Origin: a virus
Lineage: Duplodnaviria; Caudoviricetes
Virus record (IMG/VR): IMGVR_UViG_3300033153_003782
Coordinates: 1-50,679 of that record
Direction: 5' to 3' (one strand)
Length of the DNA: 50,679 bases
The notes beneath the pieces were generated by a model. The model made no database searches, had not been told where the DNA came from, and saw nothing but the letters and a program-made list of their open reading frames with translations. Positions 1 through 7,486 of this stretch are shown in pieces; the stretch's first letter is position 1; the number at the start of each line of letters is the position of its first letter. Made by a program: the position numbers and the translations under genes.

Positions 1-16
1 CGAGGCCAATCTAAAC
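1..16. repeat. Left copy of 16-nt terminal direct repeat (CGAGGCCAATCTAAAC), probable cos cohesive end
   Basis: Identical to 50664..50679; adjacent across the junction to the terminase small subunit gene. Confidence 0.9.
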
Positions 17-41
17 CGTTGGGGGGTAGGGGGTTATCTAC

Positions 42-48
42 AGGACCC
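42..48 (-). promoter_or_regulatory. cosQ-like packaging signal GGGTCCT
   Basis: Exact lambda cosQ heptamer on the strand of the terminase genes, 25 nt before the terminal repeat. Confidence 0.6.
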
Positions 49-62
49 TTTTGGTACATATA

Positions 63-146
63 TGTCCCACTATGGTACGACTGGGACGTAGTTGTCCCAC
101 TAGTCGATAGTCGTAAGTGATTGAGTAGCAACGACTTACAACTATC
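63..146. repeat. Subterminal repeats: TGTCCCACTA x2 (63, 93), inverted TGGGAC (82), imperfect inverted repeat 106..146
   Basis: Seen directly; GATAGTCGTAAGT pairs with ACTTACAACTATC with one mismatch. Confidence 0.7.
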
Positions 147-305
147 TGGTGCTGCAGCTGTGGCGCCGTGCTGCGCTCTGCGTTGTGCTAGTGCTGCGCT
201 CTGTTGTGCTGGTGGTGCGCTCTGTTGTACGCATGGGCATAGCCTTGCCTTTTTTCTTAGCTCTTAGATTTTTATTCCTGTACAGCTGGGGCGCTGATAG
301 GTGGT

Positions 306-1043
306 CTATCTCTTGTTGTATCGCTTCTGATCGAATACACGCTGGCGTCGTACCTGCTCGGCTAGGGCGCGCTGCATGATCTTGGGCGCACGCTTCGACA
401 TCTTCGCTACTGTTGGCCTCATCCAGGGCTTAGACTTAAGCCTTACACTTTGCTTACTCAGGTCGTATACCATCTTGACACGGGGGTTACTCTTGCCACC
501 CTTGACACGGAATAGACCGGCGCCGCGGCGCGTCTTCATGAAAAATGCGCGTTTATGGCGTACCGCTTGCTTGACGGCCATAACGTTCCGCTGCCCCCTG
601 TTCTTGGTGCGTTTGCCGAACCTGTCGAAGCGGTTACGCACCTGTATTCGGGCTAACTTATTCGAGGCCGTAGGCGTCTTACGTCTTGGCGTTGCGGTGT
701 TACCCTCATTCGAGGAAAACGAAGTCGGTATAGCTAGGCCTTGTTTGCCCCGCTTGCGCTTCGTGCCCCCCGTCTCTTGCGTCGCCATGTAGTCGGCGGT
801 TGACCCCATAACGGATTGCATAGAATCCATTCTGAGGCCTTTTGCCTTATCAACACGGACGCTGCGCTCCGTAAACCGGTTACGGGTCGTGAAGGTGCGA
901 TTAATTCGCTTTAAGGCCACTTTGCGGGCATCGAAGGCCACAGAGTTTAGCCCAGCCTTGGCGGCGTGGGGTAGCGCACGGGTCGCAAATTTGCCCATGT
1001 CTCGCTGAAAACGTTCAAGGTTACCAAAGTCGATTTTAATCAT
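306..1043 (-). CDS. Basic virion morphogenesis protein, lambda minor tail protein Z-like
   Basis: Very Arg/Lys-rich, with AAKAGLNSVAF and K.KPWMRP motifs; start reassigned to ATG 1043 (MIKIDFG) just downstream of a promoter. Confidence 0.55.
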   Translation of the reverse strand: MIKIDFGNLERFQRDMGKFATRALPHAAKAGLNSVAFDARKVALKRINRTFTTRNRFTERSVRVDKAKGLRMDSMQSVMGSTADYMATQETGGTKRKRGKQGLAIPTSFSSNEGNTATPRRKTPTASNKLARIQVRNRFDRFGKRTKNRGQRNVMAVKQAVRHKRAFFMKTRRGAGLFRVKGGKSNPRVKMVYDLSKQSVRLKSKPWMRPTVAKMSKRAPKIMQRALAEQVRRQRVFDQKRYNKR

Positions 1044-1049
1044 GCCCAC

Positions 1050-1078
1050 AATATAACGCCGTAAGCTAGAAATGTCCA
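1050..1078 (-). promoter_or_regulatory. sigma70-like promoter TGGACA-N17-TATATT, probably leaderless
   Basis: Only 6 nt between the -10 box and ATG 1043; no SD. Confidence 0.55.
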
Positions 1079-1096
1079 GGAGCCCTAACGATTTCA

Positions 1097-1420
1097 ACGG
1101 GCCGTAACGGGCCGAACCATCGGGCCGTAACTTAAGGCCTTTATTATTAACTACTTATATATATCTAGGCCCTTAGGCCCTTAGATACAGTATAGTTGTC
1201 AGTAGATATATATATACATAATATATGATATTACATTAATAGGTATTGTTATAAACAGTATCATTACATACATTATATTATTGATATATAATTTTAATGG
1301 TATAGATTATCGATGCAGGCCCAAGTTAGGGCTATGTGGATTTATATCCATATATTGCTAACCTTTAAGGCTTTACATAAATCTAACACTCGGCCCACAT
1401 CAAAGCGCGGGCCGCAATAA
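1097..1420. other. Putative replication origin / AT-rich non-coding region
   Basis: Three CGGGCCG(T/A)A repeats at 1098-1130, GGCCCTTA x2, very AT-rich tract ~1140-1310, no ORF. Confidence 0.5.
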
Positions 1421-1437
1421 TTGAGGAAAAACGCTCT

Positions 1438-2463
1438 ATGAATGAAAAAAACCTATACAAAGACATGCACCAATCGGAGCCGTGTAGCGCTTGCGGCGGA
1501 ACGCTACGCTACACGCTAGGCGGTGCTTGCCCTTCCTGTACGCTACAGCGCCTAGCTCCTACAGTGTCTAGAGATACCCCACGCTCTAGGAGATCCGCGG
1601 AAAAGCAGGGTTTAACATGGTTTCAGTCGTCACAGCCGATAATTTGTTTCCGTGGTCCACACTTATTTGTGAAGTCCTACAAGACGTCAAAATGTGTCTA
1701 TTGTGAAGGTGACCCGAACGACCCGGCACGGGCAGCGGCGGGCAGCGACAACAAACTCGTATATAGCCCCCATTTCCCTTGTGGTGATTGCGGTACACAT
1801 TCACGCGCGGTTAATTCGAATAAGTGCATCGAATGCCATGGCTTAAAAGTGCCTAAAAATAATATAATGAAAACAAATCCCAGCATGTTAATAGCTAGGA
1901 ATGAAGCTATATCCGAAGGCCACAGCGTCTACCGTACTGGCCGCCCATGTTCGAAAGGGCATTACGGCTGGCGTAACGTGACGGGGGCGTGTATCGATTG
2001 CACGGCCGGACGACCTGCCGACGCGGAACCATGGACGGGGAAAACATTACCTGACGGTAGATTATCAGACGCTAAGAATACTATAATGCACCAGCACCCC
2101 CACGCGGTTATTAGTCTTAAGTCTGCCGTGTCAGAAGGCCACAGCGTCTACCGTACTGGCCGCCCATGTTCGAAAGGGCATTACGGCTGGCGACGGGTCG
2201 CGGGTGGAAACTGCATCAGCTGCACCGCGGGGAAACCTGCCGACGCTGAACCATGGACAGGGGACACCGCACCGGACGAAAGGGTGTCAGCCACAACAAC
2301 CTTAATGCTAGATAACCCGGACTTAGTTCTTGAACGAATAGCAGCCCAGTCGTTGGGTGTTAAAGTGTATCGAACGGGCCGACCCTGCTCGAAAGGGCAT
2401 TACGGCTGGCGACGGGTCGCTGGGTCCTCCTGTATCCAATGCGCAAAGGATAGTAGACGATGA
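1438..2463 (+). CDS. Cys/His repeat protein with ~6 putative Zn-binding modules
   Basis: Three YRTGRPCSKGHYGWR..CxxC units plus three degenerate Cys units; GAGG SD upstream. Confidence 0.75.
   Translation: MNEKNLYKDMHQSEPCSACGGTLRYTLGGACPSCTLQRLAPTVSRDTPRSRRSAEKQGLTWFQSSQPIICFRGPHLFVKSYKTSKCVYCEGDPNDPARAAAGSDNKLVYSPHFPCGDCGTHSRAVNSNKCIECHGLKVPKNNIMKTNPSMLIARNEAISEGHSVYRTGRPCSKGHYGWRNVTGACIDCTAGRPADAEPWTGKTLPDGRLSDAKNTIMHQHPHAVISLKSAVSEGHSVYRTGRPCSKGHYGWRRVAGGNCISCTAGKPADAEPWTGDTAPDERVSATTTLMLDNPDLVLERIAAQSLGVKVYRTGRPCSKGHYGWRRVAGSSCIQCAKDSRR
1915..2192 (+). repeat. 59-nt exact intragenic direct repeat (1915..1973 and 2134..2192)
   Basis: Identical GAAGGCCACAGC...TACGGCTGGCG. Confidence 0.9.
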
Positions 2464-3002
2464 AATACGCCGAATACTTAGCTTTAAAAGAAGGCCCTAA
2501 GATAAGTCTGAAGTTGGCACGGGATTTAGGCGAGACGCGGTACCGGACGGGCGCCGCGTGTTTAGAGAGGGGGCATTTAGGCTGGCGCCGCGTTAGAGAC
2601 GGCAAGTGTCTTGAATGCCTGGCCGGCTCGCCTCCACTGCCGCGCAGTGAGCACGAGTTCCAACTAATGCAGGACCGCACCGAGAAGCCCACGACAGCCA
2701 TGATGGAAAAGTACCCCGACATGGTCATCAGTCGGGACGACGCCACCGTTGTGGGTTTTATTGTGTACCGGACGGGTGAGCCATGCGGGCAGAATCACCG
2801 AGCATGGCGAAACGTACATAATAACGAATGTGTTAGCTGCCTCCGTTTGGATCCGCCGGGGCCCGACGAACGGGTAATAAGCAAGTCGGTAGCATTAGAC
2901 CGCCAGTTCCCTATGTATCGGACGGGCGAGCCATGCGAGAAGGGGCACACCGGCTGGCGCTACGTTGAAAACGATCAATGCGAAGAGTGTTCCCGAGCCT
3001 GA
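2460..3002 (+). CDS. Paralogous Cys/His repeat protein with 3 modules
   Basis: YRTG.xC..xH..WR.V....CxxC three times; ATGA overlap with upstream gene. Confidence 0.75.
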   Translation: MKYAEYLALKEGPKISLKLARDLGETRYRTGAACLERGHLGWRRVRDGKCLECLAGSPPLPRSEHEFQLMQDRTEKPTTAMMEKYPDMVISRDDATVVGFIVYRTGEPCGQNHRAWRNVHNNECVSCLRLDPPGPDERVISKSVALDRQFPMYRTGEPCEKGHTGWRYVENDQCEECSRA

Positions 3003-3040
3003 CACCCGGCCGTCCCTCGCGGGTCGGCCCGTTCGGTTGG

Positions 3041-3193
3041 TTACTGGTGCGCTTGGATAATCTCGTTTATGTCTTTACTTAGCTTCGCCATAAGCTCGCG
3101 GCGCATGTTGAGGTAAAAGTCGAGCATGTCGTGGCCGAAGTGGCTTGGGTCTTCGATCGTGGTGATTAGTTTGTTTAGCTCGTAGATATTCAT
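3041..3193 (-). CDS. 50-aa hypothetical protein (not in ORF track)
   Basis: MNIYELNKLI...IIQAHQ; AAGGAG SD; directly follows repeated promoter cassette. Confidence 0.75.
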   Translation of the reverse strand: MNIYELNKLITTIEDPSHFGHDMLDFYLNMRRELMAKLSKDINEIIQAHQ

Positions 3194-3322
3194 TGTCGGG
3201 CTCCTTGTGGCTTAATTGCCGTGTTGCTTATGTAGAGACAATACTACGGCCCAGCCGTATAGCAAGCGACTTTTAAACATTTCCCCACAAATAAAAAAGC
3301 CACCCCGTAAAGGGCGGCCGTT
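3190..3322 (-). repeat. Terminator-promoter-RBS cassette, copy 1
   Basis: Differs from 3519..3650 at about three positions; -35 TTGCTA, palindrome 3245..3259, -10 TATTGT. Confidence 0.9.
3291..3319 (-). terminator. Intrinsic terminator (similar copies at ~3619..3648 and ~4589..4617)
   Basis: GCCGCCC-loop-GGGTGGC stem followed by TTTTTTATT on the minus strand. Confidence 0.8.
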
Positions 3323-3336
3323 GAGGTCCGTTACTA

Positions 3337-3522
3337 CTAGGCAAAGTGTGCGTCGAATACTTCGCCGATCTCTTTAGTATCAGTAATAACGGCGTGGAAC
3401 TTTTTAAGCTCCTGGCTCATAGAGAAAAAATCAAGGACGTCGAAATAGTTTCTATTAGCTTCTAAGTAGTCTTTGATTTTTGCAAGGCGGATATTCTTGT
3501 TTGTTGCTTGGCGAGTAGTCAT
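3337..3522 (-). CDS. Hypothetical protein, 61 aa
   Basis: Exactly fills the space between two cassettes; AAGGAG SD. Confidence 0.8.
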   Translation of the reverse strand: MTTRQATNKNIRLAKIKDYLEANRNYFDVLDFFSMSQELKKFHAVITDTKEIGEVFDAHFA

Positions 3523-3650
3523 TGTCGGGCTCCTTGTGGCTTAATTGCCGTGTTGCTTATGTAGAGACAATACTACGGCCCAGCCGTATAGCAAGCGACT
3601 TTTAAACATTTCTCACAAATAAAAAAGCCGCCCCGTAAAGGGCGGCCGTT
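3519..3650 (-). repeat. Terminator-promoter-RBS cassette, copy 2
   Basis: Near-identical to copy 1; palindrome 3574..3588. Confidence 0.9.
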
Positions 3651-3654
3651 CTGA

Positions 3655-4272
3655 CTATTTCCGCACCGGCATTATACATGCCTTTTTATTTGGCCCCTCA
3701 AACACTACCGGCGTTTTGTACCCATCCACCGGCGCGACCTTGACGTCCCAGTCCTCGAGCGGCCCCAGGTCTAGTATAAAGCGCTTGTCGAAATGTATGT
3801 CCCCGGTGTCGAATTTAAAGCACGCGTGGAACTGGTCGAACTCGACCGGAACGTCCGACACTCGGAACTTGTCGAAGCTGGCTGTGTTAGGGATTACCGT
3901 TTTATAGTTCGGGTAGTACATTTCAGTTTCTACGCGCTTGCCTGTCTTAGGGCAGATAAAGCAGTCCTCAATATACGCGGCGCCCGTCTCGATATGTACG
4001 CGGCGCCCGTCGGTCGCGACTGTCTGCTGTGCCTCGGCATCGTTGAAAATATAGTTGAGTACTAGCCGGGCGTCGTCCTTGGATACTGCCGAGGCCACAA
4101 AGTCGCGCTTTGTATGCTTCGCGAATGCCGCGGCGATACTGTTTAACGCGTTGCACGCTTCGACGTCCTCGGCTGGTACGTGCTGCGCGAGTTTCTCGAT
4201 CGCCGCGAGCATGTCGGCGCGCTTAGTTGGCTTGTAGTTACCGCGGGCAATATTTGTGTAGTCGATATTCAT
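3655..4272 (-). CDS. Truncated DNA polymerase III beta-clamp-like protein
   Basis: SKDDAR..LN, VATDGRR, YPNYKTVIP and C-terminal IMPVR resemble DnaN motifs. Confidence 0.65.
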   Translation of the reverse strand: MNIDYTNIARGNYKPTKRADMLAAIEKLAQHVPAEDVEACNALNSIAAAFAKHTKRDFVASAVSKDDARLVLNYIFNDAEAQQTVATDGRRVHIETGAAYIEDCFICPKTGKRVETEMYYPNYKTVIPNTASFDKFRVSDVPVEFDQFHACFKFDTGDIHFDKRFILDLGPLEDWDVKVAPVDGYKTPVVFEGPNKKACIMPVRK

Positions 4273-4311
4273 CTGGTATGGTCCTTGGCCCTCTCGGGCC
4301 GTTGTTGGCTG

Positions 4312-4491
4312 TTATTTAAAAGAGGTGACAGAGAAAAAATTGTCTGTACGAACGATGAAAGTTTGACTACCACAAGCGAAGGAAAAGACCTTTTGACCTT
4401 TTTTGTCGATCCCTACGAAAGCGCAATATTCCTTATGTGCGGCTTCATCTAGTCCGAGGTAAGTTTCTAGTGCGGCTTCAGTATTTCTCAT
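4312..4491 (-). CDS. 59-aa hypothetical protein (not in ORF track)
   Basis: MRNTEAALET...SVTSFK; GGAG SD; follows cassette 3. Confidence 0.7.
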   Translation of the reverse strand: MRNTEAALETYLGLDEAAHKEYCAFVGIDKKGQKVFSFACGSQTFIVRTDNFFSVTSFK

Positions 4492-4494
4492 AAT

Positions 4495-4620
4495 AAGTTC
4501 TCCGTTGTGGCTTAATTGCCGGTTGCTTATGTAGAGACAATACTACGGCTGGGCCGTATAGCAAGCGCCCCCGCAAAGAAATATCACAAATAAAAAAGCC
4601 ACCCCGTAAAGGGCGGCGTT
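4495..4620 (-). repeat. Terminator-promoter-RBS cassette, copy 3 (diverged)
   Basis: Shares TTGTGGCTTAATTGCC, palindrome 4544..4558 and the terminator. Confidence 0.85.
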
Positions 4621-4706
4621 TATTGGTCGGGTCGTGCGGTGGGTTAGAGCACGTTATCACCTATGGGGCTGTATTCTCTTGCGTCTCTATCGGCATTAGT
4701 GACTTT

Positions 4707-4735
4707 ATTATAGCACGTTATTAGCCTAGCCGCAA
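4707..4735 (-). promoter_or_regulatory. Promoter TTGCGG-N17-TATAAT with extended -10 (TGn)
   Basis: Perfect TGCTATAAT; points into a ~110-nt ORF-less segment ending at a terminator. Confidence 0.6.
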
Positions 4736-5095
4736 CTCCTTCTCTAGTGCACGTATTTTCCGTTTCGTCCGTTTTACTTCCTCCTTTAAGTAGACCAGGT
4801 TTTCTTTTTTACATTCTAGGGCGTAACGTTCGTAATCTTTAAGGGTAAGGAACGCGGAGCCAACGAAGGGCCACAGACTGCAGTGGTCATGTGACTTATC
4901 ATCTAAATAGGTATATAAGACGTTATTGGCTCGGGAGAATTTACGCACCTTTACGGGCCGGCCGCGCAGGTAGTAAGTATTGCCGAGCAGCGCGTCGGCC
5001 ACGTGGCCGTATTCGCCCATAGTAAACCAGTTACGGCCTTCGGCTCGTCTTGCCTCTTGGACCTTGTCCATTTCGTGTTTTAGTGTTTTTAGCAT
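4721..5095 (-). CDS. Hypothetical protein with C-terminal coiled coil
   Basis: Part of chain of overlapping minus-strand ORFs. Confidence 0.7.
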   Translation of the reverse strand: MLKTLKHEMDKVQEARRAEGRNWFTMGEYGHVADALLGNTYYLRGRPVKVRKFSRANNVLYTYLDDKSHDHCSLWPFVGSAFLTLKDYERYALECKKENLVYLKEEVKRTKRKIRALEKELRLG

Positions 5096-5364
5096 CCTAT
5101 AACGCTCCCAGGGTATTTATTGACTATCTGGCGGCACGTATCCGTAACGGTCCGCCCCCGCATTATGAGCCGAGGGAGATTTAAACGCACCTTGCGGACC
5201 AAGGCGCTTTCGACCGCCCCGTGTCGGTACTTGCGAGGGTATTCTATCCGGACCGATAAGTCCACGGAGATAGACACCCGTTTCCCCTCGAACCATGCTT
5301 TAATATCGTATGGCACGCGCTTACAGTTTTTTAACATCTTTTTAGCCTGGCGGTATTTCATCAC
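5089..5364 (-). CDS. Hypothetical basic protein
   Basis: Overlap-coupled ORF. Confidence 0.65.
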   Translation of the reverse strand: MMKYRQAKKMLKNCKRVPYDIKAWFEGKRVSISVDLSVRIEYPRKYRHGAVESALVRKVRLNLPRLIMRGRTVTDTCRQIVNKYPGSVIGC

Positions 5365-5579
5365 TTACCCCCCGCACAGTTACAGTCGCCGTGCTCACAA
5401 TGTCGGCAGAAATTCTGCACCTCGTCGGGAACCAAGACGCTTTTACACTCCTCGAATACCTCGCGGAAATGACCCTCCATTTCCGGTGTCACTGGCAGGC
5501 CTAGAGATATGGTTATAGCGTCTAGTATCATACTGCCCGTTAATCTCATTAGCGCGTTGAATTGTTCCTCAGTCATCAC
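5361..5579 (-). CDS. Hypothetical protein with C-terminal CxxC..CxC
   Basis: GTGA overlaps on both sides. Confidence 0.65.
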   Translation of the reverse strand: MMTEEQFNALMRLTGSMILDAITISLGLPVTPEMEGHFREVFEECKSVLVPDEVQNFCRHCEHGDCNCAGGK

Positions 5580-5755
5580 CTACCCCTTACGTATCGATTA
5601 TATTTAGCACCACCCGCCCGTCGCCGGTAGTCACTAGGCGCGGCGGCCCGGAACTCACGAAGGGCACGCGCAGCGGCCAGGTAAGTCTCGGGTCCGGCCG
5701 TGTCCACCACAGCGGATAGCATGCGTAGTTCTGTTTGAAATTCTGTGTATGTCAC
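5576..5755 (-). CDS. Hypothetical protein (start reassigned to GTG 5755)
   Basis: GTGA overlap with the stop of 5752..5916. Confidence 0.55.
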   Translation of the reverse strand: MTYTEFQTELRMLSAVVDTAGPETYLAAARALREFRAAAPSDYRRRAGGAKYNRYVRGR

Positions 5756-5916
5756 GACACGCCCCGACGTTTTGCTAAGACCCGCTTCCGGAAGTCCTCG
5801 AGCGTCTCGTCTCGTCTCCTGCAAATACCAAGCATAAGTCCCCATTTTTTGAGGCGCTCCGAGTTGCCCCCGTCGAAATGGCTCGCTAGGTAGAGTTTTA
5901 CTAATGGGTTATTCAC
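5752..5916 (-). CDS. 54-aa hypothetical protein (not in ORF track)
   Basis: GGAG SD plus GTG; MNNPLVKLYL...RDETLEDFRKRVLAKRRGVS. Confidence 0.6.
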   Translation of the reverse strand: MNNPLVKLYLASHFDGGNSERLKKWGLMLGICRRRDETLEDFRKRVLAKRRGVS

Positions 5917-5927
5917 GGCTCTTACTC

Positions 5928-6332
5928 CTATTTATTTATGGCTTTCATTAAAATTTCAAGCATGCGGTCAAAGTTAGACATTGTGATAAGATCGAAACGA
6001 ATGTCTAAAGCCTTACAAAGGCTACGAACTACTTTCTTGCGAGCGTCCATTAAGTCGGAAGCGGCCCGTAACTGGGGACAATGTCCCGCCGGTATGTCGT
6101 AACCGTTCGCGGCGTGTAGTGCGTCCTGTCCGGCGAAATACGCGTCGTCTATGTCTTCGAGTGACTCGCCTTTGAACGTACCAGCCAAGGCTGCGAAATA
6201 TTCCGCGGTGTACTCGTCGACGTCGTCCTTTACTGTTTTGTGGATTAACTCGGCGGCGAGTATCTCGAGCATATCGGCGTGGTTTTCGTTGGTCCAAACT
6301 CTTAAAGTTTCTTTCGTTGCGTTGAATGTCAT
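5928..6332 (-). CDS. Hypothetical protein
   Basis: GGAG SD, directly downstream of a palindromic promoter. Confidence 0.8.
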   Translation of the reverse strand: MTFNATKETLRVWTNENHADMLEILAAELIHKTVKDDVDEYTAEYFAALAGTFKGESLEDIDDAYFAGQDALHAANGYDIPAGHCPQLRAASDLMDARKKVVRSLCKALDIRFDLITMSNFDRMLEILMKAINK

Positions 6333-6359
6333 GTGTAAAGCTCCGTTTAGTTATGCCCT

Positions 6360-6388
6360 ATGATACTACGGCCGGGCCGTACCGTCAA
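6360..6388 (-). promoter_or_regulatory. Class I promoter TTGACG-N17-TATCAT with operator-like palindrome 6367..6381
   Basis: Near-consensus sigma70 boxes; recurrent motif. Confidence 0.85.
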
Positions 6389-6407
6389 GCCCCGCAACAA
6401 AGAAAGT

Positions 6408-6869
6408 TTAAAATAGAAATTCTTGTAGTGGCGCCACGCCCAGCGTCGGCGCGGTGCGTACCACCTCGACAAAGGGTGGCCCGAATAGATCCCCATACAC
6501 ATAAATCAGTCCCGCGTACTCCGGGACGCGCCCCAACGGTATGACCCCCACCGGGCACGCGAAATAATACCCGTGGATTGGAACGTCATGGGACGCCAGA
6601 AGGTCGTGTTTATAAATCACCGTGTCGTCATCGACCCGCGTACGCCTCGGGCGTCTCTTGGCGAGCTTACGGCTGTAGCCTCCCGCATTTTTGAAAAAAC
6701 CTATCGTGAAATCTTCGTAATTATTTTTCCACTCGATTTCAATCATACGCCCGTCGGTAAGCCACATAGTGACGTCACACTCCCAATGTTTAGACCATGT
6801 GAAAGCGTTGTATTGTGTCTCACCCACGGACCAAGGCAAAGCGTCGGGCGTTAGGCTCCGCTCGGTCAC
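6408..6869 (-). CDS. MmcB-like PD-(D/E)XK nuclease-fold protein
   Basis: ECDV...IEIEWK...DF and YYFACP..IP...VPEYAGLI motifs. Confidence 0.6.
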   Translation of the reverse strand: MTERSLTPDALPWSVGETQYNAFTWSKHWECDVTMWLTDGRMIEIEWKNNYEDFTIGFFKNAGGYSRKLAKRRPRRTRVDDDTVIYKHDLLASHDVPIHGYYFACPVGVIPLGRVPEYAGLIYVYGDLFGPPFVEVVRTAPTLGVAPLQEFLF

Positions 6870-7054
6870 GGGTCGACCTCATCCTCGAAAACTATTTCCT
6901 CCGTGAATTCCCCGTCCGCGTCTCTGCGGGCGTTACGTAAATAATCCCACGGACCGCTACGGCTCCCCGCTACGTAATACATGTAAAATCCATCCTCAAA
7001 AAACTTTTTTGTAATCACCACCCCGTTAGGCCGGGTTTCCTTCCCATTTTTCAT
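6866..7054 (-). CDS. Hypothetical protein
   Basis: GGAG SD, overlap-coupled. Confidence 0.65.
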   Translation of the reverse strand: MKNGKETRPNGVVITKKFFEDGFYMYYVAGSRSGPWDYLRNARRDADGEFTEEIVFEDEVDP

Positions 7055-7165
7055 CGTAAACGCTCCGTTATCATGTCGATTAAACCCTGCCTCTCGGTAC
7101 TGCGCAACGTTACGCCCCGGACCGTAGCGGTGTAGAACGTCGGGCCCGGGTGTATGGCGTGGCCT

Positions 7166-7486
7166 TTATACGTCACGTTTGCCTGCCGTGGTTATCCGTT
7201 CTAGTTCGGTGTCGAAGTAGACCGTGCCCCGGGACAAAGCGCCGTTTTTAAACTTAACTATGTTACCCCCGTTTATAACGTAAAAGACCGCCGGGTCCGT
7301 CTGGAATAGATTAAGGACTTTAACGTTGTTATTCCGTTGCGTCTGCGCCACCATCTTGGCCTCCCGTACTAGGTCGTCAACCTGGAAGGTCTTAACCTCC
7401 GCCGTGTTCTTGTACCCGGAGCGGGAGTTAATGGCCGCCACAAGGAAACAAAGTAGTGACACGCACGCCATCTCTACGGGGTCCAC
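7166..7486 (-). CDS. Hypothetical protein with N-terminal hydrophobic segment
   Basis: MACVSLLCFLVAAI membrane anchor. Confidence 0.6.
   Translation of the reverse strand: MDPVEMACVSLLCFLVAAINSRSGYKNTAEVKTFQVDDLVREAKMVAQTQRNNNVKVLNLFQTDPAVFYVINGGNIVKFKNGALSRGTVYFDTELERITTAGKRDV

Noticed and set aside
149-379. 76-aa hydrophobic + strand ORF
   Set aside because: Arises from short tandem repeats, has no SD, and overlaps the real minus-strand gene
1915-2418. Near-identical repeats as a DGR template/variable pair
   Set aside because: No reverse transcriptase in the genome and no adenine-specific mismatch pattern
3190-4620. Repeated modules as a CRISPR array or true integron attC sites
   Set aside because: They resolve into terminator, promoter and SD; no cas or integron integrase gene is present
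4478-4660. 60-aa ORF in the track
   Set aside because: Runs through the terminator and promoter of cassette 3; 4312..4491 is the better-supported gene
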